A DNA stretch of 55,210 bases from Candidatus Methylomirabilia bacterium (GCA_041496385.1 JBGQEL010000021.1:1-55210), one strand, 5' to 3'; shown: positions 30,233-40,978, numbered from the stretch's first letter. The notes: generated by a model not told the origin, from the letters alone. Program-made: numbers and translations.

Positions 30233-30258
30233 CGGGCGCCGCCGCGTGGCGGCGCCCG
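30233..30258 (+). other. GC-rich intergenic stem-loop between atpE and rex
   Basis: CGGGCGCCGCC-GCGT-GGCGGCGCCCG, a perfect 11-bp stem with no U-tract. Confidence 0.65.
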
Positions 30259-30272
30259 CCACGCTTCCGGCG

Positions 30273-30923
30273 ATGCCCCGACACTCGAACAACCGGCTTC
30301 CGAAGATTCCCGAGATGACGATCCGTCGTCTCTCGATATACACGCGTTGTCTCATCCAGCTCGAGGAGGACGGCGTCAAGACCGCCTCCTCGCAGGAGCT
30401 TGCCGAGCGGTTCAACCTCAACTCGGCCCAGGTGCGGAAGGACCTCGCCTTCTTCGGCGAGTTCGGCGTGCGCGGCGTCGGCTACTACGTGTCGGGCCTC
30501 AAGGCGGAGCTCCAGAAGATCCTCGGCCTCGATCGCGCGTGGCCGGTGGCGCTCGTCGGCTTCGGCAACCTCGGCTCGGCGCTCTTCCACTACCGCGGCT
30601 TCTCGCGCCAGGGGTTCAAGATCGCGGCGATCGTGGACGACGATCCGGCGAAGGCCGGCCGGGAGATCGACGGCGTCCCGATCATCACCAGCCGCGACAT
30701 GGGGCGGGAGCTGAAGGCGCGCGGCGTTCAGATCGCGATCCTCGCCGTCCCCGCGGAGTCCGCGCAGGCCGTGACCGACCAGCTCGTCGCCGCGGGCATC
30801 CGCGGCGTCCTCAACTTCGCGCCCGCCCGGCTCAAGACCCCGCGTGACGTGCGCCTCAAGAACGTGGACCTCTCGATCGAGCTGGAGACCCTCAGCTTCT
30901 ACCTCGCCAAGGGCGCCCGATAG
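30273..30923 (+). CDS. rex: redox-sensing transcriptional repressor Rex
   Basis: TIRRLSIY, SAQVRKDLAFFGEFGVRGVGY, VGFGNLG and GVLNFAP motifs. Confidence 0.96.
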   Translation: MPRHSNNRLPKIPEMTIRRLSIYTRCLIQLEEDGVKTASSQELAERFNLNSAQVRKDLAFFGEFGVRGVGYYVSGLKAELQKILGLDRAWPVALVGFGNLGSALFHYRGFSRQGFKIAAIVDDDPAKAGREIDGVPIITSRDMGRELKARGVQIAILAVPAESAQAVTDQLVAAGIRGVLNFAPARLKTPRDVRLKNVDLSIELETLSFYLAKGAR

Positions 30924-30948
30924 TCTGGTACGCTCGGGAAGGCTCGGG

Positions 30949-33900
30949 ATGTTGAAGGACTGGTCCGCGTTTCACGACCTCGGGAAGGCCTTCGCCGAGG
31001 GACCCGTCTGCCTGCGCATCGTCGGCCTCACCGGAGGCGCGCGTCCGCTCGCCGTCGCCGAGCTCCTCCAGGCGCCCCCGCGGTCCGCGCTCGTCCTGGT
31101 CGCGTCGGTCGTCGACGCCCACCGCTGGGCCCAGGACCTCAGGTTCTTCGGCGCGCCGGCGCTCGAGTTCCCGGAGCGCGAGCCGCGCCTCTGGCGCGGC
31201 GGGCGTCAGCGCGAGGCCGATGCGGAGCGCGCCGTCGTCTGCCAGCGGCTGGACGCGGGCGAGCCGCTGATCGTGGTCGCGACGCCCGCAGCGCTCGATG
31301 CCGAGCTCCTGGCGCCGCGCGAGTTCGCCGAGCGCGCCGTCCGGCTCGAGGTCGGCGACGCGCTCGATCGCGAGCTGTTGATCGAGGCGTTCGAGCGCGG
31401 CGGCTACGAGCGGGTGGACACGGTCGTCGAGGTGGGCCAGTGGAGCCTCCGCGGCGGCATCGTGGACGTCTTCTCGCCGAGCCATCCCAACCCGGCGCGC
31501 GTCGAGTTCCTCGGCGACGAGATCGAATCGATCCGCCTCTTCGATCCGACCTCCCAGCGCTCCACGGCCACGCTCCGGGGTCTTAGTGTCCTGCCCCTTG
31601 TCGCCGCCGACGACGGGCGCGCGCGGCTCCTCGACCACCTGCCGGCGACCGTGCCGGTCGTCGTGGACGCGCCTCGCGTGCTGGATGCGCCGACCGAGAC
31701 GGATCCGGGCGCGGGCCCGCTACGCGAGCGGCTCGCGGGGCGCCAGCTCGTGGAGCTGGAGCTCGTCGGCGAGACCTCCAGCGCGCCGGCCGGACGCGCG
31801 CCGGGCGCGGTCGAGCTCGCGCTCGACGCGCACGCCGTTCCGCAGTTCAACGGACGCTTCAACCACCTCCAGGCGGAGCTCGAGCGCTGGCGCGCGGAGG
31901 GGTTTCGGACGCGGCTCGTCGCGGCCGACGAACGGCAGGCGGAGCATCTCCGCCAGATCCTGCGCGAGCATCAGCTCGAAGTCGCGGGCGCCCCCTCGCT
32001 CGACGGGCCGGACGCGCTTGCCATCGTCGTCGGCGAGCTGGGCAGCGGGTTCTCCATCCCCGCGCTCGGCGTCATCGTGCTCACAGAGCACGAGCTCTTC
32101 GGCGGGCGCCGCCGGTCGCTCAAGCGGCCCAGGTACCAGCGGGGCGCCGCGCTGACCGCGTTCACGGACCTCGAGGTCGGCGACGTCGTCGTCCACGAGG
32201 ATCACGGGCTCGGGCGCTACCTCGGGCTCCGGACGATGACGATCGGCGACCGGCAGGGCGACTTCCTCCTGCTCGAATACGCCGAGAGCAACCAGCTCTA
32301 TCTGCCGGTCGAGCGCCTCGACCTGATCTCCAAGTACCTGGGCGCCGACGGCGGTCAGGTGCGGCTCGACCGCCTCGGGGGCGCGTCGTGGCAGCGGGTG
32401 AAGGAATCGGTGCGCGCCGCGCTCCGCGAGATGGCCGAGGAGCTGCTCCGGCTCTATGCCCAGCGCGCCGTCGCCGAGGGCCACGCGTTCTCGCCCGATA
32501 CACCCTGGCAGCGCGAGTTCGACACGGCGTTCAGGTTCGAGGAAACGCCCGACCAGCTCCGCGCGATCGAGGACGCCAAGCGTGACATGGAATCGGGCCG
32601 GCCGATGGACCGCCTCGTCGCGGGCGACGTCGGCTACGGCAAGACCGAGGTCGCGCTGCGCGCCGCGTTCAAGGCGGTGGCCGACGGCACGCAGGTGGCC
32701 GTCCTGGTGCCCACGACGGTGCTGGCGCAGCAGCACTGGGCCACGTTCGCCGACCGCTTCGCGGCCTTCCCGGCGCGCGTCGAGCTGCTCTCGCGGTTCC
32801 GGTCGCCGAAGGAGCAGAAGGCGGTCGTCGAGGGGCTCCGGGGGGGCACGGTCGACGTCGTGATCGGCACGCACCGCCTGCTCTCGAAGGACGTCACCTT
32901 CAAGAACCTGGGGCTTCTCGTCGTGGACGAGGAGCACCGCTTCGGTGTCGCCCACAAGGAGCGGGTGAAGAAGCTCAGGGCGTCGGTCGACGTGCTGTCG
33001 CTGACGGCGACGCCGATCCCGCGAACGCTCTACATGTCGCTGTCGGGCGCGCGCGACATGTCGGTGATCGAGACGCCGCCGCTCGACCGGCTGCCGGTGG
33101 AGACGGTCGTGCGCCGGTTCAGCAAGGCCGTCGTCCGGGAGGCGCTCGAGCGCGAGCTCGAGCGTGGCGGCCAGGTCTTCTTCGTGCACAATCGGGTCCA
33201 GTCGCTTCCATCCATGGTGCGCTTCGTCCAGGAGCTCGTGCCGGCCGCGCGCGTCATCATGGCGCACGGCCAGATGAGGGAGCGCGAGCTCGAAGCCGCC
33301 ATGGTCAGGTTCGTGACCGGCCAGGCGGACGTCCTGGTCTCGACGGCGATCGTGGAGTCGGGGCTCGACATTCCCGCGTCGAACACGATCGTCGTGAACC
33401 GCGCGGACCGCTTCGGCCTGGCCCAGCTCTACCAGCTCCGCGGCCGCGTCGGGCGCGAGCGCCAGCAGGCGTACGCCTACCTGCTGGTGCCCGCGGATGG
33501 ACGGGTGGACGAACAGGCGCAGCGCCGTCTCCGAGCGCTGCAGGAGCTGACCGAACTGGGCTCCGGGTTCAAGCTCGCCCTGCGCGATCTCGAGATCCGG
33601 GGCGCCGGCAACCTCCTGGGCGCGCAGCAGCACGGCCACATCGCCGCCGTCGGGTTCGATCTTTACTCGAAACTCCTCGCGGAGGCCGTGCGAGAATTGA
33701 AGGGCGAACCGGCCTCCGCGCACGTCGAGCCCGTCATCAGCGTGGCGGCGGAAGGTTACTTGCCCGACGACTATGTTTCCGAGGTCAACCAGCGACTCGC
33801 ACTCTACAAGCGTCTCGCCGGCGCCGCGACGGACGCCGAGGTGGCCGAGCTGCGGGCGGAGCTCGTCGACCGCTTCGGCCCGCCGCCCGAGCCCGCCGAG

Positions 33901-34164
33901 CGGCTCGTGGATATCGTACGGATCCGCGTCGCGGCCCGGGCGCTCGGCGTGGAAAAGGTGGAATCCGGCGACGGCCGGGCCCTCCTCACGTTCGCTCCAG
34001 GGACGCCCCTCGACCCGAAGCGCCTCGTCGGCGCGATCCAGGCGAGCCGCGGGCGGCTCCGCATGAAGCGCGAGTTCACGATGGAGGCGACGGTGGAGCG
34101 CGGCGAGTGGCCCCGCGTCCGCGATTCGCTGCTGGCGCTCCTGGCCACGCTCGGACGCGCATGA
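30949..34164 (+). CDS. mfd: transcription-repair coupling factor
   Basis: RGGIVDVF, VVHEDHGLGRY, MDRLVAGDVGYGKTEVA, DEEHRFG, TATPIPRT, QLRGRVGR and RDLEIRGAGNLLG motifs. Confidence 0.97.
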   Translation: MLKDWSAFHDLGKAFAEGPVCLRIVGLTGGARPLAVAELLQAPPRSALVLVASVVDAHRWAQDLRFFGAPALEFPEREPRLWRGGRQREADAERAVVCQRLDAGEPLIVVATPAALDAELLAPREFAERAVRLEVGDALDRELLIEAFERGGYERVDTVVEVGQWSLRGGIVDVFSPSHPNPARVEFLGDEIESIRLFDPTSQRSTATLRGLSVLPLVAADDGRARLLDHLPATVPVVVDAPRVLDAPTETDPGAGPLRERLAGRQLVELELVGETSSAPAGRAPGAVELALDAHAVPQFNGRFNHLQAELERWRAEGFRTRLVAADERQAEHLRQILREHQLEVAGAPSLDGPDALAIVVGELGSGFSIPALGVIVLTEHELFGGRRRSLKRPRYQRGAALTAFTDLEVGDVVVHEDHGLGRYLGLRTMTIGDRQGDFLLLEYAESNQLYLPVERLDLISKYLGADGGQVRLDRLGGASWQRVKESVRAALREMAEELLRLYAQRAVAEGHAFSPDTPWQREFDTAFRFEETPDQLRAIEDAKRDMESGRPMDRLVAGDVGYGKTEVALRAAFKAVADGTQVAVLVPTTVLAQQHWATFADRFAAFPARVELLSRFRSPKEQKAVVEGLRGGTVDVVIGTHRLLSKDVTFKNLGLLVVDEEHRFGVAHKERVKKLRASVDVLSLTATPIPRTLYMSLSGARDMSVIETPPLDRLPVETVVRRFSKAVVREALERELERGGQVFFVHNRVQSLPSMVRFVQELVPAARVIMAHGQMRERELEAAMVRFVTGQADVLVSTAIVESGLDIPASNTIVVNRADRFGLAQLYQLRGRVGRERQQAYAYLLVPADGRVDEQAQRRLRALQELTELGSGFKLALRDLEIRGAGNLLGAQQHGHIAAVGFDLYSKLLAEAVRELKGEPASAHVEPVISVAAEGYLPDDYVSEVNQRLALYKRLAGAATDAEVAELRAELVDRFGPPPEPAERLVDIVRIRVAARALGVEKVESGDGRALLTFAPGTPLDPKRLVGAIQASRGRLRMKREFTMEATVERGEWPRVRDSLLALLATLGRA

Positions 34165-35267
34165 GACTGCGGCTCGCGCGGCTGGCGCTTCTCGGGCTGG
34201 CGCTGGGCGGCTGCGCGGTGCCCGGGTGGGTGCCGTGGCTCGGTACAAAGCAGGACCGCCCGAAGCGTCCGGTCGTGGCCGAGGCCGCCCGGGAGGCCGC
34301 CGCGAACGCCGCCGCCCGGGACGTCACGACCTCCAAGGTCGAGAAGCTGGCCGAGCCCCGCCCGGCCCGGCCGGCCGACGAGAGCGTCTCCGACCGTGTC
34401 GTCGCCGTGGTGAACAACGACGCGATCACGCTCGCCGAGCTGCAGGAGGCCATCGCGGCGTACAGGTACGAGAACCGCCAGGCCGCGGAGCCGTCGGACG
34501 AGCTCATCCAGCAATTCCTCGCGCGGATGATCGAGAGTCGGCTGCAGCTGCAGGAAGCGGAGCGCGAGAAGATCGTCGTGGAGGAGGCCGAGGTCGAGGA
34601 GGAGCTGACCGAGCGGATCAAGAAGATCAACGTCCGGAACCGCGAGGAGTTCGAGCGCCTCATCAAGACGCAGGGGCTCTCCATGGATGGCATCAAGAAG
34701 CGGATCCGCGACGGGCTCAAGGTCACCCGCCTGATCCGCCGCAAGGTGACCGCGCGCATCTCGGTGACCGACGTGGAGATCTCCGGCTATCTGGAGGCCA
34801 ACCGCGAGAAGCTGGAGACGGGTCTCGGTTACCACGCACGGCACATCCTGGTGACCCCTGAGGTCGGCGACTCGGACGCCGCCTGGGAGGCGGCGCGCAT
34901 CAAGGCCGAGCTTCTCCGCACCCAGCTCCTTCAGGGCGCGGACTTCGCGGAGCTGGCCCGCCAGCACTCGAAGGATGCCACGGCCAAGGACGGAGGGGAC
35001 CTCGGCACGCTCAAGCGAGGCGAGCTCGCGCAGGACGTCGAGTCCCAGATCCTGAGCCTCCGGTCGGGCGAGATCTCGAAGCCCTACCGATCGGCGCTCG
35101 GCTACCACATCTTCAGGCTCGAATCGAAAGACGGGCTGGAGGGCGAGGGCCTGCAGCGCGCCCAGGCGCAGATTCGCGATATCCTCTTCCGCGAGAAGTA
35201 CGAGGCTCGGCTGGACGCCTGGATCAAGGAAATCAAGCAGCGCGCGGTCATCGAAGTCCGGTTGTGA
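34161..35267 (+). CDS. SurA/PrsA-type parvulin peptidyl-prolyl isomerase chaperone, probable lipoprotein
   Basis: Lipobox LGGC; DRVVAVVNNDAIT, ARHILV, FAELARQHSKD, GGDLG and GYHIFRL motifs. Confidence 0.9.
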   Translation: MRLRLARLALLGLALGGCAVPGWVPWLGTKQDRPKRPVVAEAAREAAANAAARDVTTSKVEKLAEPRPARPADESVSDRVVAVVNNDAITLAELQEAIAAYRYENRQAAEPSDELIQQFLARMIESRLQLQEAEREKIVVEEAEVEEELTERIKKINVRNREEFERLIKTQGLSMDGIKKRIRDGLKVTRLIRRKVTARISVTDVEISGYLEANREKLETGLGYHARHILVTPEVGDSDAAWEAARIKAELLRTQLLQGADFAELARQHSKDATAKDGGDLGTLKRGELAQDVESQILSLRSGEISKPYRSALGYHIFRLESKDGLEGEGLQRAQAQIRDILFREKYEARLDAWIKEIKQRAVIEVRL

Positions 35268-35274
35268 AAAAAGT

Positions 35275-35303
35275 TTGACATTTGTCCGGCCCGATGGGAG
35301 GAT
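35275..35303 (+). promoter_or_regulatory. sigma70 promoter for rho
   Basis: TTGACA (35275-35280) with an A-tract upstream, 17 bp, then GAGGAT preceded by TG. Confidence 0.55.
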
Positions 35304-35463
35304 AACGCTTGGCGTTATCCTTCTAACCCCGCAGGAAGTCTGCACTTAGAGCTAAACCACTCACTAGCGTGCGGCGTCCAGTAGCCGCGCCCGGAGCCCG
35401 CTGATGAGCGCCCGCCGAGAGCGATCCCAAGGAACCCCCCCGCAGAACCCGGAAGCGAACGGC

Positions 35464-36717
35464 ATGAACCTGTCCGAACTCAAGGAGAGGGCGATCCCTG
35501 AGCTGAACCAGATCGCACGCGATCTGAACGTCCAGAACCTGGGCGGGCTCAGGAAGCAGGAGCTCATCTTCAAGATCCTCCAGTCGCAGGCGGAGAAGGA
35601 CGGCCTGATCTTCGCGGAAGGCGTCCTGGAAGTCCTGCCCGACGGCTTCGGGTTCCTGCGCGCGCCCGACTACAACTACCTGCCGGGCCCCGACGACATC
35701 TACGTCTCACCGTCCCAGATCCGGCGTTTCGACCTGCGCACCGGCGATACCATCTCGGGCCAGGTCCGCCCGCCGAAGGACACGGAGCGGTACTTCGCGC
35801 TGCTGAAGGTCGAGGCGATCAACTTCGAGACGCCGGATCAGTCGCGCGAGAAGATCTTCTTCGACAACCTCACGCCCCTCTACCCGATGGAGCGGCTGCG
35901 CCTCGAGCACGATCCGGAGAACCTCACGACCCGGGTGATGGACCTGCTCTCGCCGATCGGCAAGGGCCAGCGCGGCATGATCGTGGCGGCGCCACGGACG
36001 GGCAAGACGATGATGCTCCAGTCCATCGCCCACGCCATCGCGACGAATCATCCCGAGGTCTATCTGATCGTCCTCCTCATCGACGAGCGGCCCGAGGAAG
36101 TCACCGACATGCAGCGCTCGGTGCGCGGCGAGGTCATCGCGTCGACCTTCGACGAGGTCCCGTCGCGGCACGTGCAGGTGGCCGACATGGTGATCGAGAA
36201 GGCCAAGCGCCTCGTCGAGCACAAGCGGGACGTCGTCGTCCTCCTCGACTCGATCACGCGCTTTGCGCGCGCCCACAACGCGATCATTCCGTCCTCGGGC
36301 AAGGTGCTCTCGGGCGGCCTGGACGCCAACGCGCTCCAGCGGCCGCGCCGCTTCTTCGCCGCGGCCCGCAACATCGAGGAAGGCGGCTCGCTCACGATCA
36401 TCGCGACCGCGCTCGTGGACACGGGCAGCCGGATGGACGACGTGATCTTCGAGGAGTTCAAGGGCACCGGCAACATGGAGGTCCACCTCGATCGGCGCCT
36501 CATGGACAAGCGCATCTTCCCGACGATCAACATCGAACAATCGGGCACGCGGAAGGAAGAGCTCCTTCTGGAGAAGGACGAGCTCCAGAAGGTGTGGCTC
36601 CTCAGAAAGGCGCTCTCGCAGCTCAACCCCGTCGAGGGCATGGAGCTCCTGCTCGACAAGCTGAAGCTCACGAAGTCGAACAAGGAGTTCCTGGCCTCGA
36701 TGCACACCATGGGGTAG
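35464..36717 (+). CDS. rho: transcription termination factor Rho
   Basis: [43 protein letters not shown] and [10 protein letters not shown] motifs; alternative ATG at 35404. Confidence 0.98.
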   Translation: MNLSELKERAIPELNQIARDLNVQNLGGLRKQELIFKILQSQAEKDGLIFAEGVLEVLPDGFGFLRAPDYNYLPGPDDIYVSPSQIRRFDLRTGDTISGQVRPPKDTERYFALLKVEAINFETPDQSREKIFFDNLTPLYPMERLRLEHDPENLTTRVMDLLSPIGKGQRGMIVAAPRTGKTMMLQSIAHAIATNHPEVYLIVLLIDERPEEVTDMQRSVRGEVIASTFDEVPSRHVQVADMVIEKAKRLVEHKRDVVVLLDSITRFARAHNAIIPSSGKVLSGGLDANALQRPRRFFAAARNIEEGGSLTIIATALVDTGSRMDDVIFEEFKGTGNMEVHLDRRLMDKRIFPTINIEQSGTRKEELLLEKDELQKVWLLRKALSQLNPVEGMELLLDKLKLTKSNKEFLASMHTMG

Positions 36718-36749
36718 ACACCGTGCCAGACCCGAAGTCTTTGGATTCC

Positions 36750-36778
36750 TTGCGCTTTCCACAAGGCACTGGTATCGT
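36750..36778 (+). promoter_or_regulatory. sigma70 promoter for rpmE
   Basis: TTGCGC, 17 bp, TATCGT with TG extension; GAGGAGG SD downstream. Confidence 0.6.
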
Positions 36779-36802
36779 GATGCTCCCGAGGAGGTGGCGG
36801 CC

Positions 36803-37015
36803 GTGAAGGTGGGCATTCATCCGGACTATGTGGACACGACGATCACGTGCGCGTGCGGCGAGGTGGTGCACACCCGCTCGACCAAGCCCGACATCCGGGT
36901 GGAGATCTGCTCGAAGTGCCACCCCTTCTACACGGGGAAGCAGAAGCTCGTGGATACGGCCGGACGCGTGGAGCGCTTCCAGCGGAAGTACAAGCGGCAG
37001 ACCGCGTCTTCGTAG
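36803..37015 (+). CDS. rpmE: 50S ribosomal protein L31 (zinc-binding type)
   Basis: GIHPDY, CACG and [25 protein letters not shown] motifs. Confidence 0.97.
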   Translation: MKVGIHPDYVDTTITCACGEVVHTRSTKPDIRVEICSKCHPFYTGKQKLVDTAGRVERFQRKYKRQTASS

Positions 37016-37027
37016 CGAACGCTCCGG

Positions 37028-37068
37028 AACCGGCTGGGATCAGTGCCTCCCGCCGGTTTTCTATTTTG
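37028..37068 (+). terminator. intrinsic terminator after rpmE
   Basis: AACCGGC-T-GGGA / TCCC-GCCGGTT stem followed by TTCTATTTT. Confidence 0.7.
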
Positions 37069-37070
37069 TA

Positions 37071-37120
37071 GCGGGGTCCGCGAGGCTGGCTCCCACCGTG
37101 GGCGGCCTGAGAAAGGCGCG
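37071..37120 (-). repeat. full copy of the dispersed ~50-bp junction repeat
   Basis: Reverse complement CGCGCCTTTCTCAGGCCGCCCACGGTGGGAGCCAGCCTCGCGGACCCCGC aligns ungapped with 22863-22912 at 40/50 positions. Confidence 0.85.
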
Positions 37121-37132
37121 TATCGAGCCGTG

Positions 37133-38206
37133 ATGCTGTTCGACAAGCTCCGCCAGATCGAGGAGCGCTCCAACGAGATCGCCAAGGCGCTCGCCGACCC
37201 CGCCGTCCTCGTCCAGCCCTCCGAGTACGCGCGGCTCCGCAAGGAGTACGCCGAGACGGTCGAGGTCGTGGAGCGATTCACCGAGTACCGCGACGTCCTG
37301 AAGCGCCTCGGCGAGGCGCGGCACATCCTCGCCGAAGGCGGCGACCCCGAGCTGCAGGAGCTGGCGCAGGCGGAGATCGACGAGCTCGGCGCACGCCAGA
37401 CGGCGCTCGAGGACGAGCTGAAGCAGCGGCTCCTGCCGCGCGATCCGAACGACGAGAAGAACGTCTTTGTTGAGATCCGCGCCGGCGCGGGCGGGGAGGA
37501 GGCGGCGCTCTTCGCCGCGGAGCTCGCGCGCATGTACACGAAGTACGCCGAGCGCCAGCGCTGGAAGATGGAAGTGATGGACGCCAGCGAGACCGGCACG
37601 GGAGGCTTCAAGGACGTCGTGCTCTTCGTGCAGGGACGCGGGGCGTGGAGCCGGCTCAAGTTCGAGCGCGGCGTGCACCGGGTCCAGCGCGTGCCCGCCA
37701 CCGAGGCCAGCGGCCGGATCCACACCTCCACGGTGACGGTCGCCGTGCTTCCCGAGGCCGCGGATGTCGAGGTGAAGGTCGACGAACGGGACCTCAAGGT
37801 GGACGTCTACCGATCCTCGGGACCCGGTGGGCAGGGCGTCAACACGACCGACTCGGCCGTGCGTATCACGCATCTGCCGAGCGGACTCGTCGTGACGTGC
37901 CAGGACGAGCGATCGCAGATCAAGAACCGCGCGAAGGCGATGCGCGTGCTCAAGGCGCGGCTCCTCGAGCGCGCCCAGCAGGAACAGCAGGCGGCCATCG
38001 CGGCCGACCGGCGGAGCCAGGTCGGCACCGGCGAGCGGAGCGAGCGGATCCGCACCTACAACTTCCCGCAGACGCGCGTGACGGACCATCGCGTCGGCCT
38101 CACGCTGCACCGGCTCCCGGCGGTGCTCGAGGGCGACCTCGACGAGCTGATCGAGGCGCTGACGGCGGCGGAGCAGGCGGAGCGGCTCCAGCGGGTGGCG
38201 AGTTGA
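37133..38206 (+). CDS. prfA: peptide chain release factor 1
   Basis: [23 protein letters not shown] (PxT motif) and GPGGQGVN (GGQ). Confidence 0.98.
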   Translation: MLFDKLRQIEERSNEIAKALADPAVLVQPSEYARLRKEYAETVEVVERFTEYRDVLKRLGEARHILAEGGDPELQELAQAEIDELGARQTALEDELKQRLLPRDPNDEKNVFVEIRAGAGGEEAALFAAELARMYTKYAERQRWKMEVMDASETGTGGFKDVVLFVQGRGAWSRLKFERGVHRVQRVPATEASGRIHTSTVTVAVLPEAADVEVKVDERDLKVDVYRSSGPGGQGVNTTDSAVRITHLPSGLVVTCQDERSQIKNRAKAMRVLKARLLERAQQEQQAAIAADRRSQVGTGERSERIRTYNFPQTRVTDHRVGLTLHRLPAVLEGDLDELIEALTAAEQAERLQRVAS

Positions 38207-39078
38207 TGGCCTCGGTCGCGGACGTGCCGACGGTGCGCTCCCGGCTCGCGTCCGCGGTCGAGACGCTGCGCCGCGCGGGCATCGCGACCCCGCGCGTGGA
38301 CGCCGAGTGGCTGCTCGCCGGCGTTCTGGGAGTCGGAAGGCTCGAGGTCGGTCTCGTGGGTGCCGCGCTGCCGCCGGTGCTCGCCGAGCGGTTCGACAGC
38401 GCCGTCCGCCGCCGCGCCCGCCGCGAGCCGCTCCAGCGGATTCTCGGCTGGGAGGCGTTCCGCGGGCTCCGCATCCGGTTGACCGACGACGTGTTCGTTC
38501 CACGGCCCGAGACCGAAATGCTCGTCGAGTGGGCGCTCGAGCTCCTGGCGCCGCCGGCGCCCGGACGGCGGCCGCTCGTGGTGGACGTGGGCACGGGCTC
38601 GGGTTGCGTCGCCTGCGCGCTCGCGACGGAACGCCCGGACGTGGACGTCGTCGCCGTCGACCTCTCGAGGGCCGCCGCGCTGGTCGCGCGTGAGAACGCC
38701 GACGTCCTGGCCCTCGGCGGGCGCGTACGCGTCGTGGCGGGCGACCTCCTCGAGGCCTTCGGTCCGGCGCGCGCGGACCTCGTCGTGAGCAACCCTCCCT
38801 ATCTGGCGAGCGCGCTCCCGGAGGATCTCGAGCCCGAGGTGGCCCTGCACGAACCGCGCGCCGCGCTCGACGGCGGTCCCGATGGTCTTGCGCAGACCCG
38901 GAGGATCGTCGCCGCAGCGCGCGGCCGCCTGAACGCCTCCGGCGCGCTGGTCCTCGAGACCGCGGGCGGCGCCCAGAGCGCGTGCGTGGCGTCGCTCATG
39001 CGGGCCGCCGGCTTTCACGACGTCGCGGTCCGGGCCGACCTCGCGGGCGTGGACCGGTTCGTCGCGGGGAGGACCTGA
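38206..39078 (+). CDS. prmC: release factor glutamine methyltransferase
   Basis: [28 protein letters not shown] and ALDGGPDGL motifs. Confidence 0.96.
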   Translation: MASVADVPTVRSRLASAVETLRRAGIATPRVDAEWLLAGVLGVGRLEVGLVGAALPPVLAERFDSAVRRRARREPLQRILGWEAFRGLRIRLTDDVFVPRPETEMLVEWALELLAPPAPGRRPLVVDVGTGSGCVACALATERPDVDVVAVDLSRAAALVARENADVLALGGRVRVVAGDLLEAFGPARADLVVSNPPYLASALPEDLEPEVALHEPRAALDGGPDGLAQTRRIVAAARGRLNASGALVLETAGGAQSACVASLMRAAGFHDVAVRADLAGVDRFVAGRT

Positions 39079-40331
39079 TGCCGGCGCGGCTCGAGATCGA
39101 GGGCGGCGTTCCGCTGCGCGGCACGGTCGGCGTGAGCGCGGCCAAGAACGCCGCGCTCCCGGCGCTGGCGGCGGCGCTCCTGACGGCCGAGCCCGTCGTG
39201 CTCACGAACGCGCCCGATCTCGCCGACGTGCGGACCATGGGGCGCCTCCTCGAAACCCTCGGCGGGACGGTCATCAGGGAGGGCGGCTCGATCCGAGCGC
39301 GCGTCGCGCGCGTCACGAACGATCTGGCGCCGTACGAGCTGGTCTCGACGATGCGGGCGTCGGTGCTCGTCCTTGGGCCGCTCGTCGCCCGGCATGGGTC
39401 GGCTCGCGTGGCCCTTCCGGGCGGGTGTGCCATCGGCGTCCGTCCGATCGACCAGCACCTGAAGGGACTCGCCAAGCTCGGCGCCGAGGTCACGATCGAG
39501 AACGGCTACGTGGTCGCGCGCGCGAGCCGGCTCAAGGCCGCGAGGATCGCGACCGATCTGGTGACGGTCACGGGGACCGAAAACCTCATGATGGCCGCGT
39601 CGCTCGCCGAGGGAACGACCGTCATCGACAACGCGGCCCGCGAACCCGAGGTGAGTGACCTCGCGGCGCTGCTGATCCAAATGGGCGCGCGGATCCACGG
39701 CGCCGGGACGGCGCGGATCGAGATCGAGGGAGTGCCGGAGCTCGCGGGCGCCACGCACAAGATCGTGGCCGATCGCATCGAGGCGGGCACGCTCATCGTC
39801 GCCGGCGCCATCACGCGCGGGGACGTCACGGTCACCGATCTGGTGCCGGATCACCTCTCCTCGGTGCTCGCGAAGCTCGACGAGCTCGGGGTGGCGCTCG
39901 AGGTCGGAGCGACGTCGGTGCGCGTGAGAGGCCCGCAGCGCCCCCTCGCGGCCGACGTGACGACCAGCCCGTTCCCGGGCTTTCCCACCGACATGCAGGC
40001 CCAGGTCATGACCCTGCTCGGGCTCGCCGACGGCCAGTCGCGCGTGACGGAGACGATCTTCGAGAACCGGTTCATGCACGTGGCCGAGCTGGCACGGATG
40101 GGCGCGCGGATCTCGACCGACGGATCGATCGCGATCATCCGGGGAGTCGACAGCTATGAGGGTGCCCCGGTGATGGCGTCGGACCTCCGCGCGTCGGCGG
40201 CGCTCGTACTCGCGGGCCTGGCGGCGCGAGGCCGCACGGTGGTGTCCCGCGTCTACCACCTGGACCGCGGGTACGAGCGGCTCGAAACGAAGCTCGGCGC
40301 GCTCGGCGCCCGTATCGAGCGCCGGACGTGA
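39078..40331 (+). CDS. murA: UDP-N-acetylglucosamine 1-carboxyvinyltransferase
   Basis: [35 protein letters not shown] and HLDRGYE motifs. Confidence 0.98.
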   Translation: MPARLEIEGGVPLRGTVGVSAAKNAALPALAAALLTAEPVVLTNAPDLADVRTMGRLLETLGGTVIREGGSIRARVARVTNDLAPYELVSTMRASVLVLGPLVARHGSARVALPGGCAIGVRPIDQHLKGLAKLGAEVTIENGYVVARASRLKAARIATDLVTVTGTENLMMAASLAEGTTVIDNAAREPEVSDLAALLIQMGARIHGAGTARIEIEGVPELAGATHKIVADRIEAGTLIVAGAITRGDVTVTDLVPDHLSSVLAKLDELGVALEVGATSVRVRGPQRPLAADVTTSPFPGFPTDMQAQVMTLLGLADGQSRVTETIFENRFMHVAELARMGARISTDGSIAIIRGVDSYEGAPVMASDLRASAALVLAGLAARGRTVVSRVYHLDRGYERLETKLGALGARIERRT

Positions 40332-40978
40332 ACGACCCTCTCACGCTCGCGCTTCCTAAAGGCCGGCTGCTCGACGGCGCGCTGGAGCTGCTGCGCGACC
40401 TCGGCGTCGAGGGGCTCGACGCCGATTCGCGGAAGCTGATCTTCACCGACGGCCGGCGCGACCTCCGGATGCTGCTTCTGAAGCCCGCCGACATCCCCGC
40501 GTACGTCATCTACGGCGCCGCCGATCTCGGCATCGTCGGGAAGGACATCCTCCTCGAGCAGGAGCCCGACGTCTACGAGCCGCTCGACCTCGGCTTCGGC
40601 TTCTGCCGGCTCGTCGTGGCGGAGCCTCGGGAGCTCTGGGAGCGCGACGACCCGGCGAAGTGGTCCTGGGTACGCGTGGCGACCAAGTACCCGAGGCTCG
40701 CCGAACAGTATTTCTCCAACCGCGGCATCCAGGTCGAGATCGTCCGCCTCGACGGCTCGATCGAGTTGGCGCCGCTCGTCGGCCTCGCCGAGCGGATCGT
40801 GGACCTCGTCCAGTCCGGCGAGACGTTGCGCGCGAATGGCCTCGTCGAGGTGGCCGAGATCACGCGCTCGACCGCGCGCGTCATCGTCAACCGCGCGTCG
40901 ATGAAGACGGAGCACGCGCGGGTGACGGGACTCATCGAGGAGATGCGCGCTCACGTCGGACCCGGGGCCCGCGCATGA
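40328..40978 (+). CDS. hisG: ATP phosphoribosyltransferase, short form
   Basis: [23 protein letters not shown] and [25 protein letters not shown] motifs; 216 aa. Confidence 0.96.
   Translation: MNDPLTLALPKGRLLDGALELLRDLGVEGLDADSRKLIFTDGRRDLRMLLLKPADIPAYVIYGAADLGIVGKDILLEQEPDVYEPLDLGFGFCRLVVAEPRELWERDDPAKWSWVRVATKYPRLAEQYFSNRGIQVEIVRLDGSIELAPLVGLAERIVDLVQSGETLRANGLVEVAEITRSTARVIVNRASMKTEHARVTGLIEEMRAHVGPGARA

Noticed and set aside
35262..35280. Rex operator upstream of rho (TTGTGAAAAAAGTTTGACA)
   Set aside because: The left half matches TTGTGAA but the right half does not fit TTCACAA at the right spacing; it is explained by the surA stop plus the -35 box.
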